This document shows, in pieces, positions 28,006-41,760 of a stretch of DNA of 64,000 nt. This DNA comes from Octopus vulgaris (taxonomy: Eukaryota): assembly GCA_951406725.2 (NCBI GenBank), contig OX597815.1:37076001-37140000 (forward strand), written 5' to 3'. A program made the position numbers and the translations under genes. The notes beneath the pieces were generated by a model. That model was not told the origin of the DNA. It did no database searches and was given only the letters and a program-made list of their open reading frames with translations. How positions within the stretch are numbered: the first letter of the stretch is position 1; each line of letters starts with the position of its first letter.

Positions 28006-29163
28006 CTATAGGTCAGTTGTATCTAATATTCGGGTTTTATTGCTGACTCGAGGAAAGAATACCGATCGTTGAGTCATTTCCTTTTCAGATTTGTTTCCAT
28101 GTAACCCACCGAACGCTCGAGTTATTGCTTTCCTAAATTCAGGAATGGACAAGTAAACAAAAAATTTGACAACAAAGTTTAATAAGTAGAGACTCTTGTA
28201 AAGTGGCAGGAGTGACTTATAAGCTTCATTCATATAAGATATTCTTATCTTGATAATCATGTATGGTAAACTGGATAAGAGGTAAAATGTAGCAACAAAA
28301 ATACAGGAAATATTCATGGCAGTATCCATTACAGCGGGAGAAGGTGTCTCAACATGATCAAAAGTGCGGACACTCCATTTTGTTTTAACAGAACCACCTA
28401 TAAAGTTGGCCAGCATTGCATTACCCTGTGCTTCAATCTTTGTTTGTATCATATCAGCAAAGCACCACTTGTAGCACATGCAATTCTTCAACAGATGAAT
28501 TAAAAGGAAGACACAAGAAACTATCCATGGAAAGATGAAAGAAAAAAAGAGTTCAATTTTCTTCAAGAGTTGTATTTGTGCTTCATTTTCTGGTAAAATT
28601 GTACATCGAAGCGGATTATCTACGACACCGTGTGTCCAGGTGACATAGAGGAAACCAACACCAGCAAATATTGCTATCATTAAAATAATGAACTTAGCTT
28701 GTAAAACACTTTCAAAACGCCGTTTCAAACCTTGCGAATACATTTTCGAAGACCTCTGCATAATCATCAGAGTCATATACCAGCAAGAGAGGAATCTAGA
28801 ATAATGGGAAAGGTACAAAACAAGCTGACAAATCCCCATAGTCGTAAAGAAGCCGATGCCATATTTGGAAAGCCATGGTATGATTACGGTAAAAAGGTAA
28901 AAGTTATCCATAATCCCTATAGCAATAAGATAGTGACTTACGGACAACTTATTGAGTTCTGTGTTGAGAAAAACTGTTACCGAAATCGAATTGAGCAACA
29001 AACCGAGGGATGAAAATGTGGGTTTATAGTAAGCATCTAACATATCTACCAACTCCAAAGAAGACTCAATATTTTCTGATAGCTTTGGAACTTTTCTGGT
29101 GAAGGAATAATCATTTGTCTTAGAAATATTGAAATCCATTTTGCTCATATAAACATTCTCCAT
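28006..29163 (-). CDS. Class A 7TM GPCR, peptide-receptor-like (FMRFamide/sex-peptide/GPR139-142-like group), single coding exon
   Basis: 385-aa ORF with seven hydrophobic segments. TM1 GLLLN, TM2 LIAIGIMD, Cys at the top of TM3 (GICQ) and in ECL2 (LRCTI). TM3 ends QRS at the DRY position, TM5 FIFP, TM6 FYLLSSLP, TM7 LNFVVKFFVY. N-terminal N-glycosylation sequon NIS. Start context AAG-ATG-G. Confidence 0.93.
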   Translation of the reverse strand: MENVYMSKMDFNISKTNDYSFTRKVPKLSENIESSLELVDMLDAYYKPTFSSLGLLLNSISVTVFLNTELNKLSVSHYLIAIGIMDNFYLFTVIIPWLSKYGIGFFTTMGICQLVLYLSHYSRFLSCWYMTLMIMQRSSKMYSQGLKRRFESVLQAKFIILMIAIFAGVGFLYVTWTHGVVDNPLRCTILPENEAQIQLLKKIELFFSFIFPWIVSCVFLLIHLLKNCMCYKWCFADMIQTKIEAQGNAMLANFIGGSVKTKWSVRTFDHVETPSPAVMDTAMNISCIFVATFYLLSSLPYMIIKIRISYMNEAYKSLLPLYKSLYLLNFVVKFFVYLSIPEFRKAITRAFGGLHGNKSEKEMTQRSVFFPRVSNKTRILDTTDL

Positions 29164-29246
29164 CTTCAGTGCGCAGGTGGTAAATTTTGCGTACAGTTCT
29201 TATGCTTTCTGTTTGTGAAGCACTTGTGAAAACAAAGCGAAGCCGG

Positions 29247-29282
29247 TCTGTAATAGAAGAAACAAAAAATAAAAAAAAAATG
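29247..29282 (-). promoter_or_regulatory. 3' splice acceptor and polypyrimidine tract of the GPCR coding exon
   Basis: Minus strand reads TTTTTTTTTTATTTTTTGTTTCTTCTATTACAG|ACC with the AG at 29249-29248, 84 nt upstream of the ATG. Confidence 0.75.
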
Positions 29283-29789
29283 AGAAACTATTATGTGTAT
29301 TGGAAAAGAAGGTGAATTTTAAAACGTGTCAAAATAGTGAAACATAAACAATAAACAATCGATTCCTTCCTTTTTTTTTTCACTCTTAAATTATATTATA
29401 ACTGAATAAAAAGTAAACAAACAGCACGTCAATTAAATGTTATAGTCTTTTAAAAAATAAACACTTTGGAAAATTTAAGCTACTCAATCGATACACAAAC
29501 ACACACGCATACACACACACACATACACATACTTACATACATGTGTGTACACACAAAAAAATGTATAACCCCCCACCTTCAACACATTCCCACATAATGC
29601 TCACACATGACAGTACAGTAGTGATGGCAACAATTCAGCGACTACAGATTTAGATATTTCCCTGTAAATTGTTTGGAAGATAAACTGTTCCGAAATCATT
29701 TCAGATTTTGTCTTTCCGTAACAACATTTGAAAATAGATTACCATCTATACTCGATATAAAACACGGCTTTTAGACTTGAGACAATAAC

Positions 29790-30570
<781 letters not shown>

Positions 30571-31666
30571 CACGAACGCTCGCTTATATATATATGTGCT
30601 TCAAATCCAAAGTGGGGGTGGGGAAGTAAGTTTCTATGATATTATGATATTCATGCTTCTTTCAAAGTCATTCACAGTAGAAACTTTATAAACTTCATTT
30701 TTATAGAACCTGCCCAGCAACATGGAAGGAGGGAGGGAGAGAGAGATAGAGAGGGAGAGAGGGAGGGACAGAGAGAGAGAGAGAGGGAGAGAAAGAGGGA
30801 GAGAGGTGAACAGATTTCATTCTGAGGTTGTATTACGCTTGAATATCTGTTGGACAACTTCGTCAAGTCAGCAGATTTAGCTTTAGTAAATCTATAATCT
30901 GCTGTTGGCGCCAGTTTATAGGATTTTATAGAAGATTATTTCACGCATTGGAATACACGAACGTCGATCCATAAATTATGTATCTGCTTATGCTCACTTG
31001 TGTATGTGTGTGTGTGTGATCTCGTGCGTATGCGTGTGTATATACATATATTTGTACATATGTAATTTATCTATATATACATATATATATATATACCTAT
31101 TTGTGCGTGTGTGCATGTGTGTGTGAATATATTCAATTACGTGCGGTTTCTATACATACGTTGGAATGTATATATGTGATATATTTATATATATATGCAC
31201 ATAAATATACATATTTATATGTGATATATATATGTATATACACACATATATATATGTGATATATATATATATATACATATATATGTGATGTATATACACA
31301 CATACATATATATATATATATTTATATATATATATATATGTATATATCACACACACACACACAGTTATAATATATACACACACACATATATATACATATA
31401 TATATGCCTGTATGTGTTTGCGTGTGTGTGCGTGTGAGTGTGTGTGTGTCTTTGTGTATTTGTGTGTGATTGTCCCTCACCACCGCTTGATAACCTGAGT
31501 TGGTGTGTTACCGTCCCGGTAACTTAATGGTTCCACAAATGAGATCGATCGATTAAGTATCAGGCTTGTAAAATTCCTGGGGTCAACTTATTCGACTTAA
31601 AATCCTTTCAGGCAGTGTCCAAGCATGGCTGCAGTCAAATGACCGAAACAAGTAAAAGATAATATA

Positions 31667-31698
<32 letters not shown>

Positions 31699-31701
31699 CA
31701 T

Positions 31702-32075
31702 ATGCCAGAATCAAGGCCACTGCGTGGTGCCTAGGACTCCAAACTTGCCATCAAGATGTAGGACAAGATTCTGTGATAGCCTGGGCTTCCGAGGCCCACA
31801 GCTCTTCAATATCCTCCCGATGAACCTGAGAGACCTGCATGGGGTGGATACAGATGTCTTTAAAATGGAGCTGGATCTCTTCCTGTCAGGTGTCCCGGAT
31901 GAACCAACTTCTCGGCAGGAGGGGCAGATGAGGGCAGCTGCATCGAACTCTCTCATGCACCAAATAGCAGTTGCTAGAAAGCCTCCATGAAGTGAAACCA
32001 AGTAGCAACACCAAATGGCGGTGCCCCAGCATGGCCACAGCTCATAAGCTGAAACTAGAATCAATCAATCAATCA

Positions 32076-32079
<4 letters not shown>
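31702..32079 (+). mobile_element. CR1/L2-group LINE 3' end inside (TA)n
   Basis: Open frame FCDSLGFRGPQLFNILPMNLRD...FKMELDLFLSGVPDEP...AASNSL, typical of a CR1-group ORF2 C-terminus. (ATCA)n tail. Confidence 0.8.
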
Positions 32080-32115
<36 letters not shown>

Positions 32116-32149
32116 GTAAATAAGTAACATGTATATGTAAAATATACAA

Positions 32150-32190
<41 letters not shown>

Positions 32191-32191
32191 A

Positions 32192-32307
32192 ATCACGTGA
32201 TCACGTGACCAACCAGACCATCAGATGTTGTTACACATCGCTGGTCACAATGCGTTCGCATTGTTTTAGCCTTCGAATGACGCCATCCCGCTGGCTAAGC
32301 GAGCAGG

Positions 32308-32311
<4 letters not shown>
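32192..32311. repeat. About 120-bp structured cassette embedded in (TA)n; second copy at 46072-46190
   Basis: The two copies are highly similar with nearly the same boundaries. Internal hairpins ACAATGCG..CGCATTGT and TTAGCC..GGCTAA. Confidence 0.85.
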
Positions 32312-32351
<40 letters not shown>

Positions 32352-32540
32352 AATGTATGTAAATAAGTCCAGTATGAACTATGTCAAGGTTACGAGTGTT
32401 TTGGGGGTGCTCAGCCACTTGTTTATCGTCGTAAGCGACGTAGTGTCAGTTATATCATGATATATATATATATCTTATATCTCTCCCCACCCCTACACAC
32501 TCAATAATACTATAAAAAGAGACAATATTCCTGCAAAAGT

Positions 32541-32585
32541 TCAATTTGACAACTCCACTAGAGAGGACGAAAGCGCTAATATATG
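32541..32585 (+). ncRNA. Type I hammerhead-like motif (U3-A8 core)
   Basis: TTGACAA-CTCC actagaga GGAC-GAA-AGCGCT-A. Palindromic stem III, weak stem I. Lies in a (TA)n-flanked module. Confidence 0.45.
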
Positions 32586-32729
32586 ATATATGGTTTATAA
32601 AAACATGTAACATACTACGAATTATCTGTAAATATAAAACCATCCAGATTTTTGAGTACCTCATTTCTTCTAATATATAATACCTGTACATCATCTCCAA
32701 ACCTTCTAATATATATATATATATCATAT

Positions 32730-32780
<51 letters not shown>

Positions 32781-32918
32781 TATATATATATCATATATAT
32801 ATATATATGTATATATATATTATGTATATATATATATATATACATACATATGCATACATATATATGTATACACACAGACATGATTTCGCGTAGCCATAGC
32901 GAAATCTATCTATCATTC

Positions 32919-32953
<35 letters not shown>

Positions 32954-33869
32954 AGAGTTTACGAAAAAAACAAAAGACGAAGACAGGTGGTGTACAAAAC
33001 AAACAGATGTATAACGCTCAGGAATAGAAAAAGTATTTTACGTTTCGAATACATTATAAATACAGAGATGGCGTAGCTGGAGGAATAGTGCAAAGGAAGT
33101 AGTAACATTAGTACTAATAATTATGGCTACGTTGAATGTGGTGTAAAAATTTAGACGCCAATATGAGAAGGTAAGATGGTAAAAGAAACAATGATAAAAA
33201 AAAAAACGATAAGGAAAAGAAAATATTAATAAATAAGATGATACAAGTGAAGAAAACGATAATGAGGAAAAAAAACGCATTAAGAACGAGATGATAGTAG
33301 TGAAGAAAACGGTAGTATGACATATTGAAAAATATAAGATATTGTAAGATAAAAAATGAAGATAAAACAGCAACATCAAAAATAGGAAGATAAAAAATAT
33401 TTTGTATAAATAGCTGTACTGTGTTAAAGTGATGAGTAAAATGACAATGTGAAAAGAGAGGCTGGCTATATTAGAGTGAGTTATAATGTTTAAAGGTTGA
33501 GAGAAAGTTAGAAGGATCTTGTAGGATTCAGCAGGTAGGAAAGGGGAGAATTGTGTTGCTGGGGTGCAGCGTGTTAATATTGTAGTTTATGACAGAAGGT
33601 ATAAAAAACGAGAGACGACAAAATAGTTTATCTATAAAATTCTACCTGTCTAAGCACTTTGTTTTATTTTTTTTTATTTTTCAGTATACGTGTTACATGG
33701 AAACATACATACACATGCATGCACACATATGCACGCTCGCGCATACGCACTGCACACAAACACGCACGCGTATGCACAAATAGACATACAAGCACACGCA
33801 TATATATATATATCACATGCATATATATATATCACATGCATATATACATGTGTGTGTATGTTCTCTTTT

Positions 33870-34950
33870 ATTTTTAATTATTTGAAGTCCTCCTGGAAGG
33901 AAGGAGCTGATATCTATCAAATATACAGCGCTCCAGCGTTGGAATGTATATAGCAAAAACAATGTCACGTGTTGAACTTGAGAAAAGCCTTGCATATTTC
34001 TACTGTTCCACTTATAGATTGCGTTTGTAATTCATATCCATGTTAGCTGGTTAATTTCTTTTTCTGAAAACCTTAACTTTCCAGATGGTCAATTAGGCAT
34101 TCACTCACAAAATCGAGTATGACAACTATTATTGGTATAACGTAGGTTTGTAACATTGGTATATAAGCTGCAGGTTTTGAAACAACTGTTCTTAGTTATC
34201 CTCTTTTCCTTGTCTTTCGAAGAAAAATTCACATCATAAGGTAGCTGACCCCTATGAGAGTGCACATACCTTTTCTCGTACGTCTCAAACAGTTGTATCC
34301 AGACTGTAGTGGAGACACATGGCCTACTGGTTAGAGCAGCGGACTCGCGGTCGAGGGATAGCGGGTTCGAATCTCAGACCGGGCGATGTGTGTGGTTATG
34401 AACGAAACACCTAAGCTCCAGAAGGTAATGTTGAACTTCTGCTGACTCTTTCGCCACAACTTTGTCTCACTCTTTCCTCTTGCATCTTGTAGCTCACCTG
34501 CAACGGACTGGCATCCCATCAAGGTGGGGTACCTATACGCCAAGGAAACCGGGAAACCGGCCCTTATGAGCCAGGCATGGCTCGAGAAGGAACAGGTATC
34601 AAGACTGTTAGGTTTGCACCTGGTTGAAAATTTGATGGGAATGTTCCACTTGATATTTATGTATGTATGTACGGTCTGATGTATGACAGGACAGTCTCTC
34701 TTCGGATGGCATTATATATTTTAACTGCATTGTGTCGTTTTAGCAGGAAATATCTTAATGATATTTTTGGGCAGCTGTTGGTCATATGTGTGAGGTCTTC
34801 TACAGAAATATGACATAATCGACATTTTTGGTTGTTTCTAGGGGCTCTGAGGACGTCACTGTCCCCTATTGCTTATTAAGTTCCTTGTGGCAATCTCCTG
34901 CTCTTGGATTGTAAATGAATAGTCTTCGAGGTGTGATCTGATACATCGGT
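33870..34950 (-). mobile_element. Decayed R4/Dong-like LINE 3' part, same subfamily as 18150-19590 and 39405-40380
   Basis: Shares GAAAAG.CTTGCATATTT.TACTGTTCC and the REL-region sequence with the 18150 copy. Confidence 0.7.
34309..34594 (+). mobile_element. tRNA-derived SINE (S1-type head) with about 13-bp TSD
   Basis: Head GTGGAG..CATGGCCTACTGGTTAGAGCAGCGG...GGTTCGAATC. TSD GTATCCAGACTGT (34295) and GTATCAAGACTGT (34596). Confidence 0.85.
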
Positions 34951-35385
34951 ATCTATATATCTATGTACGTATGTGTGTGTGCATGTGTGTGTATGTGTAT
35001 GTGTTTGTGTGTGCTTGTGCGTGTTTGTGTGTGTGTGTGATTTTGTGCGTGTGTGTGTGTATAGACAAGAGTTGCATCACGATATCTGTCCACTTTACTA
35101 ATCTCTTCATGCCTCCCACATATATAGATAGATAGATATATACATACATGTGTGTGTGTTTGAATGCATATATATATGTTTACATATATGTATATATTCA
35201 TATGTATATATGTATGCATGTATGTATGTATGTATGTATGTATGTATGTATGTGTATATATATATATATATTCATATATATGTATATATATATATTCATA
35301 TGTATGTATATATGTATATATATATATCCATATGTATGTATGTATATATATACATATATATATACATATATATATATATGTATAC

Positions 35386-35430
<45 letters not shown>

Positions 35431-36229
35431 TATATTATATTATATTATATACATATATACATATATGTATACATGCACGTGTGTGAGTGATAGTGGAGAA
35501 GTAGAGAGTGAAAATAGTGGTTCTTTTTCTGTAACTGACACACCAAACTGTCTAAAGCATTTAACTCTCAAGCGGACAAATCTACCAACTGTAAAATTGA
35601 TAGAACGTTGAGTAAAAATGGTTGAACATCATAAGCATTCATATTTTCTAATAAATGTTTTACAATTCATCCAAAGTAATGTTATTCTTTGATCATACAA
35701 ATTCATTGAGTAGCTGCCATAAATTCTTAGTTGTAAACGCGTCGAACTGTTTGCTAGTTATTCTACAACATTAAACTCTTTTCGATTTTGGCAGTTTAGG
35801 AAGCCTCATTATACCGTTGAAAGGCCAGATTTTTTCCACTATTAATGGAGCATTAAGTAACTGATTTGGTGAAATTTTCTGATAGAATTCTGAGATAGTC
35901 TGTCATAATAACCTCGTAGGTGGATGCATCTCTACATAACTATCTGACTAACCGCAACGCTGTAGCGGGGGTGGGGGCTCTTTGTCTGTAGTTGATTGGA
36001 GATCCATTATTAACAGAACAACGGCCTCCCCACATCTTACTATAATGTATGTTATGTTACTATAATTAGGAAAAAGGTATATAAAGATATGAGTTAAGTT
36101 TTCTCTCGAATCAACTTTTCCTCTTTTATTCTGGTATCCTTATTTCACCCACAGAGGGTAAGATGCTGAACATGTTTAGTCAAGGTTTACAAGGGTCGGC
36201 TGATCAAGATGTTCTATTGGAATGCGATA

Positions 36230-37446
36230 AGGATTTTTTAAATGTGGTTGAAGAGCCTTTAGTTGAACGGGAAAAATAATCTTACCTCCACCTCACATCA
36301 AAAAATTATAAAGCAATTTTTAAAGCACTGGATAAAGATGGACCATGCTTTCACTATATCTGCAGCATACTTCCCGGTCTGAACAATGAAAAGATAAAAT
36401 CTGGAGTATTTAATGTGCCTCAAATCAGATAATTGATGGGAAATGGAAACTTTGTAAATTCAGTGAATTGCATCGAAGCGGCAACATGAAATCCGTTTGT
36501 AATAGTTGTAAATGACTTTCTGGACAACACGAAAGCAGCAAGCTATGACGAAATAGTCAATAAAATGCTGCTGATCTTTCAAAAGTTACGAGCAAATACG
36601 AGCATAAAACTGCATTATCTCCACGATCAACTTGATTCCTTGAAAATTTCCTTGAAAATTTTCCTGACACGAGTGACGAGCAGGGAGAACGCTTCCATCG
36701 GGACATAAAATCAATGGCCTTTGCTCTTTATCGGTTATGAAGGTAATTGATCAAGTTGATACGATCAACCGAACAGCCAGCTCGTGAAATTAACGTGCAA
36801 GTGGCTGAGCACGCCACAGGCACGTGCACCGTTAACACTGTTCTCAGGGAGAATCAGCATGACACAGAATATGACAAGGCCAGCCCTTTGAATTACGTGT
36901 ACCCCTCATTTTTGCTAGCTGAGTGGACTGGAGTAACAAAAAGTAAAATGTCTTGCTCAAGGACACAACGCACCGCTGGAAATCGCACACATGACCTTAC
37001 GATGATGAGCCGAACACCCTAACTACAAATCAACACTCTTCCTCATCAATTCAAGAAAGCTATCACGGCAGACGAGACTTGTCTATGATAGTGGACTATT
37101 GATCGGGATATTCCTGAGATTCGGCACTTAAGGTAATCATCCAAGCGCAAATTCATGGGACATTGAGTATAAACAATGATGTAATTTGTCTAGAAATTTT
37201 AAGATTTTTACTAGTTTCTCAGTAGAATTTTAAGAAAACATTCTGGCTTTGTAGAAAAGCCAACTTCTCTATATGTTTGTATGTTATGCTTTGTTTCTCA
37301 TAAGCTGTTTTATTGAGAAAAAAAAAGTGAAATTCTATGGATCCAGTATATTAAAATCTTGACGTGATGGTAATTAAGGGACGTCATTTTCGGATTCTGT
37401 ATTTCAAAAGACTCCTAGTTCAGGTTCAAAGTTTTTGACAACAGTG
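36230..37446 (+). mobile_element. Chapaev3/CMC-like DNA transposon 3' relic, split by a SINE
   Basis: IILPPPHIK..KQFLKALDK..KIKSGVFNVPQIR..SIKLHYLHDQLD..SDEQGERFHRDI motifs. Ends in CAGTG. The superfamily label is from memory of motifs. Confidence 0.65.
36745..37045 (-). mobile_element. Older SINE related to S1
   Basis: Shares GCTCGTGAAATTAACGTG.AAGTGGCTGAGCAC...GACAAGGCC.GCCCTTTGAA with the 57038 and 62374 copies. Confidence 0.8.
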
Positions 37447-38584
37447 GAAATAGCCAATGCTATCAGGTTTCTAAAATTTATAAACTGCAGATACTGAGTT
37501 TTGTTCATATCTCTCTTAATTAGACTGCACTACATTTGAGAATGACATTGGAGGGAGTTAAAGAGGTGAGAGAAGTGAGAAAAGAGGGATATGCAATGTT
37601 TCCAAAATTTAAGTTTTCTTATATTAAGATTTTAAGTAAAATGTCTGAGATTGCTGACACCCCTTACCTGCAGTGTTTCCTTAATATTTTCAAATAAAAA
37701 CAATCTGTTATGCAAAAAAAAGGATATCTACTTGTAGATCCAATAACAATAGTGATAAATAGAGACTCTTTCCAAAAAGTTGTCTCGACCAAATCTATCA
37801 ACTCAGTGTTTAGTGACGCAATATTGTTAGAAATAACTTCTAATAGATACATAAGTCTAGAAATTTAGGAAAGAGTACAGTCGACTAAATCGATCCCAAT
37901 ACTTGACTGGAACTTTATTTTATCATCCCCGAATGGATGACAGAGCCAAGGTTAACGTCGCCTATATCTTTTAGTGTAACAGATGTGTATTCTGTTATTA
38001 GTTTCTGTTAAACAGATTTTTTTCTCCGACGCATAATTCACATTCAAGCGTCATCTGTCTAAGCTACCTCAGACAAGCGGACGCTTGGCGAAACACGTGT
38101 GTGAGTTATTCCCGCTAAGTAAAGAAAACACTTGTGCGTGTGTAATGTGTTGTTTGCTATACTATATCTAATATTTGCTTTATGTTCGCGTCTGCTGCAA
38201 ATACATTATCTTTTCTCCTTATAAAATATTCACATCTTGCTGTGATTAAATTGACTTCCTTTCTTTTTCCGGTTAGTTTCCTGTTCTGTTATATTGTATT
38301 GCATTTTGGTGGGCGGTATCTCTGTCGTGTAGTAGACATTTTTTAGGTTGAATGTAAACGGAAAAAACAATTATTTAAAAATTCATAAAATGGCTATTTA
38401 TTTTACCTCATCATTGGGAAGAGTCATCGAGATATATTCCAGAAAATGTCTCTAAAGAAGATACTTGAATAAAAAAAAAGATTTTTTTTTCTTTCACTTA
38501 AACAAGAAAGAGGATTAAAGAATTTCACAAACGACAAAGTCGCCTACCTTTTCACATCAGATGCAACAATAACAGCAATAATCG

Positions 38585-38790
38585 TTTCTACTGTAGGCAA
38601 AAGGCTGAAAGTTTTGGGGAGAGCTAGTCGACAACATCGACCTCAGTAGTTTACTGGTACTTATTTCATTGACCTCGAAAGCATAAAAAGTAGAGTCGAC
38701 CTCAGCAGCATTTGAACTCATTACGTGAAGATGGACGAAATACTGCTAAGCATTTGTCCGGCGTGCTAACAATTCTACCATCTTGCAGCC
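38585..38790 (-). mobile_element. S3 SINE
   Basis: Same modules as the other S3 copies. Confidence 0.75.
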
Positions 38791-39266
38791 ATTTCTTTTT
38801 TGAAATTGTCCTCTTTTACAGTTCTATATTTAAGAGATGAGAAATTATGTACATTATTTATGTATTATTTCTTCACAAATATGTTTTCCCTTTGTTCTCT
38901 CACTTTGTGCTTTCCACGCATTCTCGATCAAGTCTCTTACGAGTTATTAGTATGAGATTCCTTGACGACTATGAAACTTTTCATCTGATTAAGGTATTTT
39001 TGACCCGACGATTAGCCAGTTGATTTCACCTCGTTTGGATAATTACTATTTCCGAGGTTCTGCTAGCTATGAAACACATGTAGCCTGGATTTTATCTACT
39101 CTATTCCCTAATTTTCCACTTTTATTCGTATACACATCAACCTGAACTTTACAACCTTTTACGCCAATAAACCACTATTGTTCTTGAAAGTTGTTTTTTT
39201 TTATATACCTTCTACGGAGAGCTCGAAGTTTACTAACTTCCTGTATCTTGATTCTTGGACCTTAAC

Positions 39267-39301
<35 letters not shown>

Positions 39302-39404
39302 GCTACCTCAGACAAGCTGAAAAACGAAGAGAGCAATATTCCACGTCAGTACTGTGCCCCTCAGAAATTGCCCGCATTCAATATCAAAATAGCCCGAAGA
39401 AGGC

Positions 39405-40380
39405 CTGAATGTGAAACCTTTGGAATAAAAAAGAAGAACGATGCACAAGTATGCTTCTCGAAACTTGCACACGGCACTAATATCGACATGATATGCAACC
39501 GTCTTTGTACTCACTGTTACTACACTACATCGCACTTCGAAAGCTATGCTCTTGCAATCGAAGACTAAGGAATCACTATAAAATAATAAACAAAAGAAAA
39601 AGTGAATTCCTTGGAGTTTCAAGCTGCAACTGCTCATATCAATTATATCACAATACTGTGGAAGACATCTTACATGTGATAAGCAATTTACATGTGATAA
39701 GCAACTGCTCAAAAATATCATAAAAGTTTCAATTCATCGTGACGTTGTTATTAAAACAATATGCAGTACCACCCGAAAAATGACTGTTCCAGTGTCCTGG
39801 CATAACTATAGAGAATAATCTTGTTATTGAATACATACATAAACATTAGCACTAGAAATATTGGTGGAACATTTTCATAAACACTTCTACCAAGTGTAGC
39901 CGTATCACGATGGATACGGTTGTTTAGTACAGATACCCCCGTCCTCCAAAAAAATAAAACAAAAAACAAACAACCCAATAAAAGACTATGCACCCTCACA
40001 GAGTTCAGCTACCCTCCTGGTGTGAATATTTTTTCGGAAAGAGAATGAGGATAATTACGGACAGTCGCTTCGAAATCTTCAGCATCTATACCCAGACTAT
40101 AAATTTAGATTTACATCAACAAAAATTGGTGCACATAGTTTTCTATGTAAATGTCGAAGTGACAATGTGGAAAAGTTAGAGTTACAAGGAATAAGAAGTC
40201 AATTAGCTAGCATGCACATTACAAATAAAATCTGCAAGCGGAACAGTAAAGATATGCAAAACTTTTCTCAGGTTCGACATATGAAAAATTTTTGTCGTTC
40301 CAGCGATGGAGATTTGTATCTTTGTATCTTTGTATCTTTTTAAGAAACCAGCTCTTTTCTTGCATGAAAACTTTAAATAA
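39405..40380 (+). mobile_element. Decayed R4/Dong-like LINE 3' part
   Basis: TSHFESYALAIED, a CCHC-like VEDILHVISNCSK, then KYWWNI and a REL tail. Confidence 0.7.
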
Positions 40381-41233
40381 TTTAAAATAGAAGTGTACAC
40401 CCACATACCTACATGCATATGCATGTGTGTTTGTAAGTCTATATGTGCGTACGTGTTTGTGTATGTGAGTGCTTGTGGATGCATGTATATGTGCTTCTAT
40501 ATAAAAGATGACGTATCTATATATGGACTCGCACCTCTGCTTCCGCTCGAAAGATTTCAAAATTTTCTATTGAGTGTTTTTTGAAATTGCTGCAAACCAT
40601 ATACATATTAGAGAATGGATAAAGATTATCCATAACTGTACTCAGCGGAATAACATCAGAATATCATTGATTGTTACATCTAAAAGATTCCCATGCTGAA
40701 TAAACATATATCTGGAATGAATACTATCATCTATCAATTAAAAACTAAATAGAAAATGTAAGAATTAAAAATCTCGAAGAAATTAAGGAAAAATAAAAAT
40801 AAAAATTTCAACAAATGTGAGGGAAAAAATGAAATACGTGAATATTTAACATATTTAAAATAGTGTGGTCAAAATATTCTGAAGGGAGATGAAGAACGAA
40901 AGAAAAAAATAGAGAAGGAACTCCGATAACAATATTAAAACTAGCGGAAGATAAATATATAAAGAGATATAATACTGAGCAAGGTAAAAAGACCTAAAGA
41001 TGCGGAAATAGAAGTAATTCATGTGAATGATGTACGCAGAGACACAGAGACATATACACGCATGCGCGCGTGCGGGAGCACACACATACGCTCATACTAA
41101 CACATACATTTATTTATGTATGTATGTATTTATGTATGGATTATGTATACATGTATGCACATACACATACATGCATACATACATACATATACACACGTAC
41201 ATACATATATATATATTTACACACATACACACA

Positions 41234-41304
<71 letters not shown>

Positions 41305-41495
41305 TATTAGCAAAGGATTGGACGAATATTTCGAGCGTTGGAAAAATTCTTTGCGCTATGTGTTCCGGTTCTACATTTCGAGTTCAAATCCTGCTGAGAT
41401 CATCGGGACTGATAGAATAAGTAACAGACTAAGGTCGTGGAGGTCGAATAACCTCCTACCCTTAAAACTGATACCCTTCTAATAAGCTTGAAACA

Positions 41496-41554
<59 letters not shown>

Positions 41555-41555
<1 letters not shown>

Positions 41556-41760
41556 ATCTGTAAAATAATATGTGATAATTATTCGGTAGCCAAGATAAAA
41601 CTCTGAATTTCGGATGCCGAGGTGGAAATCCACACCAACCACCTCTTCGGTTATCTGGCCAGACAACGAAAAGATGGTGGTGTGGATTTCCACCTCGGCA
41701 TCCGAAACTCAGAGTTTTATCTTGGCTACCGAATAATTATCACATATTATTTTACAGATA
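41555..41760. repeat. 206-bp spacer-less palindrome
   Basis: Centre TCTGG|CCAGA at 41658/41659 with nearly identical arms. The two opposite-strand ORFs share VDFHLGIRNSEFYLGYRIIITYYFTD. Confidence 0.93.

Noticed and set aside
28732-29013. 93-aa plus-strand ORF
   Set aside because: Antisense shadow of the GPCR CDS with no recognisable motif.
32270-32311. HDV-like ribozyme call
   Set aside because: P3/L3 and P1 cannot be placed in the required nested double pseudoknot.
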